Assembly: GCA_015680685.1 (NCBI GenBank)
Contig: MNCI01002989.1
Location: 715,706-779,705, forward strand
DNA length: 64,000 nt
Source: Gnetum montanum
Lineage: Eukaryota; Plantae; Gnetophyta
Direction of reading: 5' to 3'
The position numbers were made by a program, and so were the translations under genes. Positions 25,101-36,289 of the stretch are shown piece after piece. The notes beneath the pieces were generated by a model. The model worked only from the letters and a program-made list of their open reading frames with translations. It was not told the DNA's origin and ran no database searches. How positions within the stretch are numbered: the stretch's first letter is position 1; each line of letters opens with the position of its first letter.

Positions 25101-25606
25101 CTAATGAAACTAGCTTTGTAAAGCTTGGTGACTTCATCACGAATAGCCAACACCACCTTAGTTCTAACCTTATGTGCTTTTTGTTTGACTAGTTTAATAT
25201 AAGAATCAAGAATGATATTATGCTAGACTAGCCAAGGATCTAGGCTTGACATGTCCTTGTATGACCATGCAAATTCCTTAATATTATCATTTATCACCTT
25301 AGCGATGTCTTGGGCATGTTGGGGATCTAGTGAGAAGCTCAATTTTAGCATTTTCGCCTTGCCATTGGGTGTTGTAATAGGGATCCCAACAATTGGATCC
25401 TTTGTGACATCCCTTGCTTCTAGATCGAGAGCCTTGACTAGATCGTTAGTCTAGTCTAGTGGTGTCTCTATGGATGCTATGTATTTGACGTAGGTTGTAG
25501 GCTCAAGGTCTAGGCAATGTGGGTTAGTGCATCACTTGATATCATCATGAGGCCCAATGAGAACTAGAGGTGAGAGGATCTGATTATGCATGGCCATGTC
25601 ATATTC
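22117..25606 (-). pseudogene. Tat pol: RT-RH-archaeal-type RNase H-integrase, degenerate
   Basis: FAWSYKDM; WVSNIVVLPK...CIDFRGLNK; MPFGLKN; CVDDITIKS; aRH TNNMAKYEGL...IYSDL at ~23450-23860; integrase WPFQRWGLDIIGP and EGPFLV. Confidence 0.93.
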
Positions 25607-27827
25607 CCACAAAAAAATTAACAAAACATTAAGTAACATGTATCTTAACCAAGTTAATATGCATAAATGAGTAAAAAAAGCAATGTGATGAAAATTTGCC
25701 TAAGTATGCATAAGGGCTATAAAGAAGAGTAAGCATGTGTGTGCTAGTTTTAGGCCTTGGCAGGCTGTGCATGCCAGTTTTAGGTCTTAGTGGATTGTAG
25801 ACACATCCATCATGTCATTCTAGGGTAGGCTAGTCATGCTTAGGAAGTGGAATTGGCTCAAGCATTTATTGGATGATGAAAAATTCAAAATTTTGGCTAA
25901 GTGTGGGTGACTGTGCTCTCACCCAACTACACTCTCATCCAACTATGCTCTTACCCAAAAGTTAAAAAATTTGGCTAAGTGTGGAATGTAGTCTTGAGTT
26001 GGTGGGTCATTAAATGATCCCAGGAGGGTATATGGGCACATTTGACCATGGGTAAGTTGTCATTTTCAAGCTTTCAAATGTAAAGTTTAGAGCGTAGTCT
26101 TGCCATTACCATTGTGCACTACCAGTGGAGAGTGTAGTTGGAGCAAGATGACATGCCAAAGTGGATTCTTGCACCTAGGATTGGTGAACATGGATGAGGG
26201 GGAACAGGCACTGGGTCTCCTATCATAGGTGCGCATGGAGGAGAGGAGGTCATCAATGTCTACTAGGTACCTCAACTATGCTCTCGTCTTTGCTCATGTT
26301 TTCATTTTTTCATCTTCTATTTTCTTGCCATTTTCTCTAGTGAGGATTTTGGTCTTGGGGCATGCCTTACCATGGTAAGGGCCATCACCACTACACATCA
26401 TTTTGGCATAGTGTGGTGGTAGGCAGGGTTTTTTGGTCACTTTTTTTTGTGTGTAGGGGTTTTTTCTTTGGGCTCTAGGCCATGGGTTCTTGGGGCATGT
26501 GGGCTGGGGAATGCATGGTGTTGAGATTCGATGACATAGCCATAAGGGGGGGGGGGGGGGGGNTTTAGCAATGGCTAGGGCCAAGGAGCAGCCTACCACA
26601 AGCACAAGGGGCACTACAGGGGTTTGGCTTGCATTTCTTTATTTTCTTTTGAAAGAAAAAAATCCTATTTTTATGACATGGACATGGGTTTTGAACAAAT
26701 GTTTTTTCAAATTTTTTGAGTTTTTGGTCTACTATCACAAATTGGGGTTAGGCATAGGCCATACCTCACGGTGTGGCCATAAAGGTCATGATTATTTACT
26801 TCATTTTTTAGGGCATGTAGGGGCTTGTTCCTACATCCCCTTATTTTTTTGCTTTTGAAAACTTTTGGATGTGGTGCAAGAGTTCTACGTGTGGGGTTGC
26901 TACACCTTGTGGCATGGCCATGCAGGCTGTGGGGGCAGCTAGGGCGCTTAGTGCCAAGGTGCATTTTCTCCATTTTTTTTGTTTTTATGTGAGGGTGTAA
27001 GGTTGCAAGTAGCCATGGTAGCAAGTGGAGGGGGTTACTGAGCAACAACAGTGAAGGAGGGAGAGAGGGCAAGGCATGGTAGGGCATATGCGTGGATTGC
27101 AGTGGTATAGTGGATGCACTACATGCAAGGCATGATTGGCATGATGCCATGGCAGGGATGATGGGGCAATGTGCAGAGAGCATTGGGGCAATAGCCAAGA
27201 CTTCACTTCCTACTACTGTAGCTAGGACTACACTCCCCACACCTTGGAGGCATAGTTGACACCAGGTGTTTGACAAAATGACAATCTCAAAAGTTAGTTT
27301 TTCGGGACTACGCTTTGTAGAGAGCGTGATCAGGGAGTTAGAAAAATTTGTAGTTCCAGACTACGCTCTCCACAGAGGTAGTCCAAAGTTAGAAAAAAGA
27401 TTTTAAAAATTCTAAACTACACTCTCCACTGCTATAGTCTAGAGTTAGAAAACATTTTGGGATTTCCAAACTATGCTCTCCATTGAGGTAGTCCAAAGTT
27501 AGAAAACATTTGCTAAAATTTTGCAAACTATGCATAATGCTAAACTTGTGATATGTAAGAATACTAATCTAGCAAACTGTAACTATGCTAAACCTATAAA
27601 AATGTGCTATACCCTAGTGAGTACCAGGTGTGTCAAATGGATTGGTTGATGTCCTATACCCACGAGGCCCCAGAAGGTATTACCAAAATTTAAAAAAATT
27701 TGTTAGTCCATGTTATATTATGCAAACATTGCTAACTCTAATTTAATAATTTTATGTCAAAATTGGCATCGAAAATATGCACCTATGTGTATATACTAAT
27801 GCTTTGTTTGTTGCTTGACAGTTGCAG

Positions 27828-30800
27828 GGTGCTATTGAAGCCTATCTTGATTGTTGTTGAGCTAATGGGCATCCTGTGTTGCATATGCATGTGGGTGTTT
27901 AGGCAGTGTGGCTTTAGCAAGGGGTTCATGACTTTTTGGAGAATCTTCTATAGCAATTTAGTGTGATCATCTGGTCACACTTGGCTATGGAGGCTACTAG
28001 CACCATCATCAAGATGTTACTACCTGGGGCTAACTAGGACATCTTGAGGTTTATGTTAGATGAGCCTACCACTAATGGTGATGGAGTGGGTGGTTTAGGC
28101 AGAGGTCCTAGGAGTGCTCGACACCTATCCAAGATATGGTACATGACAAGGTTTGGTTGCTACAACAAGAGCAACACCCTTTTCATTGCACTGCAAGTGC
28201 ACACCCTATTCTAGAACCTACTGCAAGGGTAAGTGCATTTATGGCTTTCACAGTTTATTTTTTTTTATTTTTTTTTGCTACTAGCTCATGTCACATTACT
28301 AATGGCTCATGACTAATGCCAAGTTTAGAGTTGATGAGGAGGGCCTACATGATGAGGTGGATGTTATAGCCTTGACTCACATTGCCCTAGAGGTGTTCTC
28401 GTCTAGCCTAAATATTCAAGCAACCATGCTTGAGTAGGTGGGATCTGATCTATAGGTCTATCTTACTCAATACCTGAAGGCATACGAGCGATGTAGGATC
28501 CATGGTTGGTTGGATGAGGAGTGGGCCATTGATGTGATTTACACTAAGGAGATTCTTGCATCAGCATCCCTGTGTCACACACTATTTGTGTCATGTATGC
28601 ATCTAAGCTTTAGCTCATGTGCTTGCTCACGTATGCCTGTTAGTTTGCCTTTGCAGGATGCTAACATTGTTTTGCCTTTGTTGTGGCAATAGTTACTTTA
28701 GGCGAGGTGACGGTGGTCACCATAGGCCACATAAAGGCCATCCTCATCATGAAGTATGGTAATGTGAAAGATGTGCAACACTGGCTATGCGATAAGGCCT
28801 TAGATGTATTGATAGCTAGACTCACACATGCAGGGTTGATGGACCTATTTTTGGCCCTTAGCCTAAGTATCCTGGTGGTTGAAATGGTTACCATAATTGA
28901 TTCCTTCAACAATGACATCAAGTAGTTTGTCATTTGTATGCATGGTGTGATGGTAGTGCTTGACCTTGGTGAGGCCTTCTTTGCCAACCTCTTTGGCCTT
29001 TCCACTAATGACCCAATGATCATCAATAAGGCCAGCAGGGAGGTGGACTATAAAGGGGAGATCGAGAAGTGGTTGGGGGCCACTCAATCTCACAAGGGAA
29101 TACCAATTAAGGATGTGCTTATGCCTAAGGTGTGAGAGCTCTAGCCTCTTTTCCGCGCTCATGCCTTTTCAAAGTTGCTCTCCCAAGGAAAGATCCTTGG
29201 GTTGGAGTAGGCATGGGTGATGAAAGAGGTGCTACTGGAGGATACGAGGTTTAACTGGGCTACCTACGTAGCCATTGGCTTGCATGCAGAGATTTCTAGG
29301 CTCCTATTTCACATCTAGGTGAGGCCCCATGTTCACTTTGTGTTCTTCGCAGGATATCTATGAAGATTTTCATGTGGGTGTTGGATGGTGTAGGACCACG
29401 AGCAACTATCCAAACCATGGATCAAGCACATGTTCATGACCACACACATGTAGGACCCCCCAAAGTAGATTGATGAGTTGTTATTTGTAATGATTAAGGG
29501 TCCCATGGGATAGTCACATTACTCATGTGATAGTGCAGGCAAGGACCCCCTAGTGGGCACCAGGGATGTGTGTAAGGTAGTTCACTATATTTTAGAGATG
29601 GTAGAACCATCTAAGGCAAAGATTAAGAGGCCAAATCTAATGGAGGAGGTTGCCCCTGAGGCTGAGAGGCCAAACAGTAAGACGATCAGTATTAGGCTTC
29701 AAGGCTTACACGCCGAGGTTGCAAGTTAGTATGTGTAACTTATTAGATGCATATGTTGTATTTTTGTATGTTTATATTTTTACGTTTTTCTTCTATGTTA
29801 CACTACTAATGTGCATGTGTACTAATGTGTTATGCATGCTATGCGTGTATGTGTTAATTGTCGAGATAGGAGAGAGGGCTGCCAGAGCAACAATCCAGGT
29901 AGTAACAAAAGAAGTGCCTTCCTAAGTTGAGGAGGGGGAGGTTCATGGTGATGAGTTACCTGGCATAGCAGAGATGCTCCAATAGTTGGAGGAAGAGGGG
30001 GTGCTTCACCTTAATGAGGGTGACTTTGATAGCCTATTCGATGGTGTGCAACTAGGCAACCATCCATCCTCCCCCCAGCACTCACGCCTAAGGGCTTGCT
30101 AGGTAACTATCTTGGATTACCATCTGTCATTACTTGCTTGCTATGACATATTTAGTTATTTGGTTATATGGTAATGGCATCATTGTGTTATAGCATTAGA
30201 TTTCCCTACCAACAATCCCACATCTACCTATCACATGGAGCCATGGGTAGACATGCTTGATAAATTCACCTTCATGGAAAGTATCAATGAGGACATGGTG
30301 GACCACTTATAATAGATAGATCCCAAGCTCAATATGTGTGATGTTTCTTTGCTTTATGTTACTCTATTGCTTCCAACCTTATTTGTTGGTTAAGATTGAT
30401 TGATTATTATCATGCTTGTAGGTCCTAAGCTTTGATGGGATCCGAGTAAGGTGGCCAAGGTGGATGTCCTTCCTGACCACCCTTCTGAAATCGATCAAGT
30501 GTCTCGTCACATGTACAAGGCATTGAAAAAATGCATGCTTTCCTATGCAAAGGAATTGTGGATCTACAAGCACTCAAATGAGCACTTGTAAAAATGTGTG
30601 CATGAGCTGCAGAAGAGGATGGCTAGCTAAGATACGAAGATCAAGGATCTTCAATCAAGATATGATTTCTTTGTAGCTAGAGCTCAAACAGATAGCACTT
30701 GGTGCACCTCTAAGATAGAGTATGCCTAATATTGGAAAACACTTAGAGGTAAGAATGAGGCCACTTAGGAGCCGATTGAGCAGTGATTGCAGACGGACTT

Positions 30801-31416
30801 ACTTACCCACAAGAATCAAGATTGGAAAAATTACAGCACTAAGGTGTACCCATGGAGGTAGACTCAAAAGAAACACAAGCACCAATACAAGCATGAGCAC
30901 AACCCATATCTAAGATGGTACAAGGAGGAGTCTACTAAATGACACTACCTTGAGATGTTCCTTGAGACAACTAGCTGAAGGCAAGCATATGAGTTCTTTG
31001 TAACACATACGGTGGTGAGTCACTCTCCTAAGAGGGAGATTATCACACCTTTGGGAGAGGCTTCTTTTGCTACTTTCTCGATGGAGCTACTTGCATGGAC
31101 TACCGTGGACAAAGGCAAGACCCTTACAAGGATTGACTTTGGTGAGGAGGACTAGACATGACTTTCCAAGGTTGAGATCCTTCGATGCTTGGAGGTTGGC
31201 CTTGAAAAGTTAACTCTAGAAGACACTAATGTGGGACCCACTCAGGTTAGTTTTTATGTGCTTTTGCATGTTTTTAGTTAGCTTGTATAATATAGGTTTG
31301 CTTAGTAACTGCTCATTTTTTTATGGTTGTGGCAGCAGGTACCAAGAGATGCCATGAACCCTAATGGCATGGTGGATGAAGAACAACCTCCACTCTCACC
31401 TAGCACCACCGGTTGA
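27828..31416 (+). pseudogene. Antisense multi-exon extra gene in the Tat element: FCP1/SCP (NIF) phosphatase-like domain, PMD/transposon-like domain and coiled coil
   Basis: Exon 27828-28228 reads VWL*QGVHDFLENLL*QFSVIIWS...LRFMLD...RHLSKIW...YNKSNTLFI. Segment ~28660-29400 includes FANLFGL...RFNWATYVAIGLHAEI. Coiled coil at ~30420-31245. Apparent GT..AG introns start near 28229, 29725, 30102 and 31246. Final stop at 31414-31416. Confidence 0.65.
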
Positions 31417-31654
31417 GCATGACTAGATGTACCCCTGTTGTTGGGCATTTTTGCTATTTTTTTGTTGTATTTTGCTACTCATGCTATGTACTACTATTCA
31501 TATGATATCTAATGCATGCAATTGCTACATGTGTAATGTGTAATGTGCAAACTTTTTTTTATGTTTTATGTTTATTTTCTTTGTGCTTGCTTTGGTTATT
31601 ATGTGATGAGTTCATATGCTAAATATGTTATGTTAAGTCTATGTGATGATGGTG

Positions 31655-31885
31655 TAACTAGGCCATTGTGAGTCCCATGTTAGCTCAAGGCCATAGTGGG
31701 AGGGTCGATGCTAGATTAAGGTCATTTTAGGCCATACAGGAAGGATTAATAGTGATAGTTTAAGGCCATTCTAGGCCTAGTGGTAGTTTAAGGCCATTCA
31801 GGGCCATAGTAAGATGGTTAAAAGTGATAGTTTTAGGCCATTTTGGGCCATTGCATTGCCAATTTAAGGCCATGGTAGGCTACGT
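31655..31885. repeat. Degenerate AGTTTAAGGCCAT tandem repeats
   Basis: Multiple ..AGTTT(A/T)AGGCCAT.. units downstream of the antisense gene. Confidence 0.7.
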
Positions 31886-32156
31886 AGTGTTATTTCTCTT
31901 TTTTGTGATTTTTCCTTTTATGATTTTTGTGCATTTTGATGTTTTTTGTGTGTAAGCTAATAACTAATAAAGGGTAAATGAAACGAACGAATGTGTAAAC
32001 TAAGAAGGATGCATAAAAAAAGTGAATAAATGTGTAAAAAAAGTAGAACAATGCATAATCTAAACAATCAAGCTAAATGTAAATGTGTAAACAAATGCAG
32101 TGTAAGCAAAAAAAGGTGAAATGCATGATGTGTATAAGCAAAGGGCAAGCAGGTAC

Positions 32157-35100
32157 CTAGCACGTTTTTGGGCTAAAGGGGTACCTAGTCATGTAATTGC
32201 TTCCTAATTTGATGCAAATTAGGAGGCATATAGGGTCTAGATTGTACTATGTGATAGTCTCCTTAACCTTCACTTGTGATGTTGAAGGGCAACTCAACCC
32301 ACAGAGCATCCTCCAAGAGGTCGTTGGCCTCTTCTATCCTTTTAGCTTGGTGTGCTTCACACTTCGTCCTTGTTGTTTATTGTGGATCTGTCATTAGGGA
32401 ACTCCACCTTTGACCCTTTCTCCATGTTTATGTTGTTAATGACTAGAGGGGCTACATTGTCACCATGGATAATAACCTTGCCACCTTCATATGAAAGGTG
32501 GATTTCTTTGTGGATGGGAGAGGAGATGATCGATAATTGGGCCAACCAAGGCCTGTCCAATATCAGGTTAAAGCCTAGCATTTTCTCTACAACTATGAAT
32601 TCAACAGTAGTATGTAATTCTTCCCTTGCCACAAAGGCTATTGTGACTAATCCCCTAACGATGATGCATGAATCGTTAAAGGATTTTAGGCATGTAGTTT
32701 TTGTTGATTTGATCTACTCTATGAGGCCTAGTTTGTCAATGACAGTGTATGGAATGACATTTTTTTTCACCCCATCATAAACGTGCATCATCTAAAGTTT
32801 GCATTGCCCAACACATATTTTCATGAACATGGATGTTGTCATGACTTGATCCTTTCAGGGTTGATCTTAATCACCTCGTCACAAAATGCTAGTAGTGTTG
32901 AGCTTGATTCCTATGGCATGGAAGGCAAAATCACAGCATGGATGGAGTGCTCATCTACTAGGATGTCCTCCATGACAGGAATGGAGGTCAACATCTAGAC
33001 TAGCACTTTGTAGTGGGTAGATGAAATTATAATCAAATCATATAGGCTCAGCATTGTGTTTTTCTACTTTAGCACCTACTTGACTTGGGCTAATGCATCT
33101 AAGAAGTCCTTGTTATTGTCTATCATTTTGTTAGCCTTGACCTCCTCCATACATTCTAAAAGATGGATTGCTCATGAAGGAGACTTTAGCTTGATTTTTT
33201 TGGGTTGTTTGGGGGCCTTAGTGCCCGATTAAATTTTGTTGGTTGTGACCTTTTCAATTGCTTCGGCCATGGGGATTGTAGAAAGAGAGATCAACTTTGG
33301 TGGACCTAGCGCCTTTTACTCCTGATGTTGTCTAATCATCCTATTAGCTAGATGCTCATTAGGCCTCTCAGGTTGCCACCTAGATGGTCTATTGGTGTTG
33401 CTAGTAGGATTGGCTCTTGGGCGAGAAGGGACTAATGTGTTACCCACTATCAAAATCTAAGTAGGTGAGGGGTCAGCATGTTGTGACATCCTAACAATAA
33501 AGGGTGCCTAAATTGTTACTTCCATGACATGCTATGAAACCCTAACTGTAAAGGGTGTTGTGGGTGCCTGAGGTGGCACTTTGATGACACAAGGAGGCCT
33601 CAAACTTATGGAGGCCAAGGGGGCCCCTATGTTGCCAAAGGATACATAGATCATGAATGGCCACTGCACCAGCTCTAGGTTGTCATCAACGCTAATGGCA
33701 TTGATCATGCACCCTACATCATCTATGTTCAAAGGATTCTTATACACCTTGATAGATTAGTTTTGAGGCCTGACTGGGTTGGTAACATTAAGCACCAACT
33801 TCCCTTTGTTAATCATTCATTGTAGGTCATCCTGCAAGGCCATGCAAAAAATTAGTGTTGTGCCTGGGTAATTGGTGGTAGTGACAGAACCTATCCAGCC
33901 TAAAGTATTTTAGTACTGGGGGCTCATTTGGGGCTATCGACACAGGATTTCTTAGAAGCTCATGGTATTTATCGTGTCTTTTGCAAGTGTCCTCAGACAT
34001 TTGCTTATATTGGATACGTCCAACATTCTGCAGTTGATCTAGCAATTCCAAAAGTTTAAGGGGCAGTAGGGTATACTTTGAGTGATTTTTGTACTCAAAG
34101 TTAGGCCTTGGAGCCACTTGGGTTGTGGCCACCAATGATATAGGTAAGTTGGTTGTTGTGCTAAGGTTGATAATTTTGTTGTTGATTGGGCCTTAGGTGG
34201 CTTGGTCGTTGGATTTGGATTAGTCATTTTGGCCTCATTGGCCATAGTTGCCATGGTTTTACTTTACTTCCACTTGTCCTTGTTCTTTTTGGCATGTAAG
34301 TTCTTGTAGGCCACATAGGATGGATCCTTACTGGCTTCTATCATGTCCTGTATGCTCTTTGTCTTAGAAAAGGCTTGGCTCAGAGACTACAGAGCCAAGT
34401 GGTATAGTTTTAACTTGATAAAGTCATTAATTATCCCCTTGAAGATGGCCAAGAGATGTTTCTTAGCTATTGGCTTGCAAATTTCATTTAGTGAGGTGCT
34501 CTAGTGTTGGAAAATTTTTTGCACGGGCTCTAGATGGCCCTACTTGATTTGCATGAGGTGTTCAAGGGTGGTTTTAGGCTTCAAGTTATACTTGAAGCAT
34601 GTGATGAACTTACTTAGTAGATCCTCCAAAAAGGAGATAGAGGCCCTAGGTAATGCTTAGTACCAGTCCAGTGCCTTATGAGTGAGTGACATGGTGAAAA
34701 TGCATATGATGGTATGTGGCCATGCTTGTAGTAATAGGAACTTGGATCAAAAGGTCACCAGGTGGGTGTTGGGATCTCCTTCACCATTGTACTTGGTGAA
34801 GTGGGGCAGCAAGATCCTTGTTGGGAGAGTTAGTGGTGGAATAGCAGGACTTATTGGGTCATCCTAGTAGAAGTCCACTACATGAACTATTTTGGAGGTG
34901 GCCTTGAGCTCCTTGACCTCTTCTATTAGGGTTTGTATTAGCTGGAATGCCTAATCTAAGCCTTGGGATGTAGCAGCGAATTGCACTAGTTGTGTTACTG
35001 GCTATGTTGGTTGTATGACCCACAACTTGGTTGCATGTTGTGGGACCATGCAAGGTGCTTACTATGCTAACTATGCTATGGGAAAAGTGACCAAATTAGG

Positions 35101-35778
35101 CCACATGTGCATGGGTTGAAATGCTACCAAAGGTGCTAATGAAATAGGTAGGATGTAAGGTGCTTGCATCATTTGGGGTTGGGTAACATGCACGGTGTGG
35201 ACATAAGGCTATGCAGGCACAATTACTACTAGTAAGGATGATTAGGCAAGTTGTGACACTACCATGAAGTGTAGGTTGATGGAAGGGAGTGCATGTTGAT
35301 GTGTAGGCTATATTTGATGCTTTGCTATGACAAGTGTTGACCTGGAAGGTGATGCCAGGGCTATGATTGTTTCGAGGAAGATAGGTGGTTAGGATTGTGG
35401 AAGGACTAGACCAAGGGTTTTCTGTTGGAAGGAGGTGTGGAAGGAGTTCTCATGACCAGAATGAGCTTCAAACTCATCCTCCTTCCCATGTAGGGGCTCC
35501 TTGTAGTTTGTTCCCACTTCATGCTCATTTGTTTAGATGAGTTGGGCTAGGATCCATCAATAGGATTCAATAAGTGGGATGAAGTCAACGGAGGAGGGGA
35601 CGTAGTCCTATCCATTTTTGTGGATGAGCTCATAACCTCACTTCACTTCCATATCAAAGTGGTCTATGAATAGACTTGCTTGGATCTTCATGCAGATGAA
35701 GTTGTACTATTCATCATTTAGTGCAGTATACTTAGGGTCTTGGCCATGTAACCTAAGGGATTGCCTTGGCTCTGCCAT
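32157..35778 (-). pseudogene. Tat gag-protease, degenerate
   Basis: Starts MAEPRQSLRLHGQDP. Gag LPHFTKYNGEGDPNTHL near 34760-34810, knuckle FCHYHQLPRHNT, protease C-terminus GFNLILDRPWL. Confidence 0.85.
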
Positions 35779-36266
35779 GGCAGGACTAGAAGGGTGGTCA
35801 ATCTTATTTTGTTTTTGGATGGGTAGGATAGTGAGTGTGCTTGGAATAGATGTTGAATATTGTTCAAAATTTATGATGTTGATTGAAAGTTGTAGAAAAA
35901 ATGACTAAGTCTAGAAATTGCAAAAAAATGGCTAAGTTTGAAAAATATAGAAAATAGCTAAGTCTGGAGACTACACTCTCTATGCTAAGAGCTAACTAAG
36001 CTCTCTACTGAGAGCCAAAAATTTAGCTAAGTGTAGGAATGGATGCTTTGGGGTTACTACATGGGGTTCTTTGGGAATTGACGACAAGGTCCAATCTACA
36101 CCAACCGATTAGTAGACAATGCCTATGCTGGCCTAAGATCCAGCTACTGTCGAACATGGCAAATCCATAGGGGTGTTGGGTCTATGCTAGCCCAAAGCTA
36201 ACAACGGTGATGTAGAGAGCACATGAGACAACCACCAATAGAGTCTAAAAGAGGGAAATGGATTGG

Positions 36267-36283
36267 CCCTCTTTCTAGTGCCA
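36267..36283 (-). promoter_or_regulatory. Primer-binding site (tRNA-Asn type)
   Basis: TGGCACTAGAAAGAGGG, a decayed TGGCGCTAGAAGGAGGG complementary to the 3' end of plant tRNA-Asn(GTT). Confidence 0.75.
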
Positions 36284-36289
36284 AAAAAC

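Larger units (their letters stand above)
25607..32156 (-). other. Putative ~6.55-kb intron between protease and RT
   Basis: AG|GTACCT donor at 32156 and a T-rich acceptor TTTTTTTGTGG|GAA at 25607 (AG degenerated to GG). The downstream frame runs from the acceptor into RT. Confidence 0.6.

Noticed and set aside
27790-27840. CLLLDSCRVLL as the HAD DxDx(T/V) motif of the phosphatase-like domain
   Set aside because: It is in a different frame from the downstream domain and overlaps a good splice acceptor, so it cannot be assigned without a family consensus.
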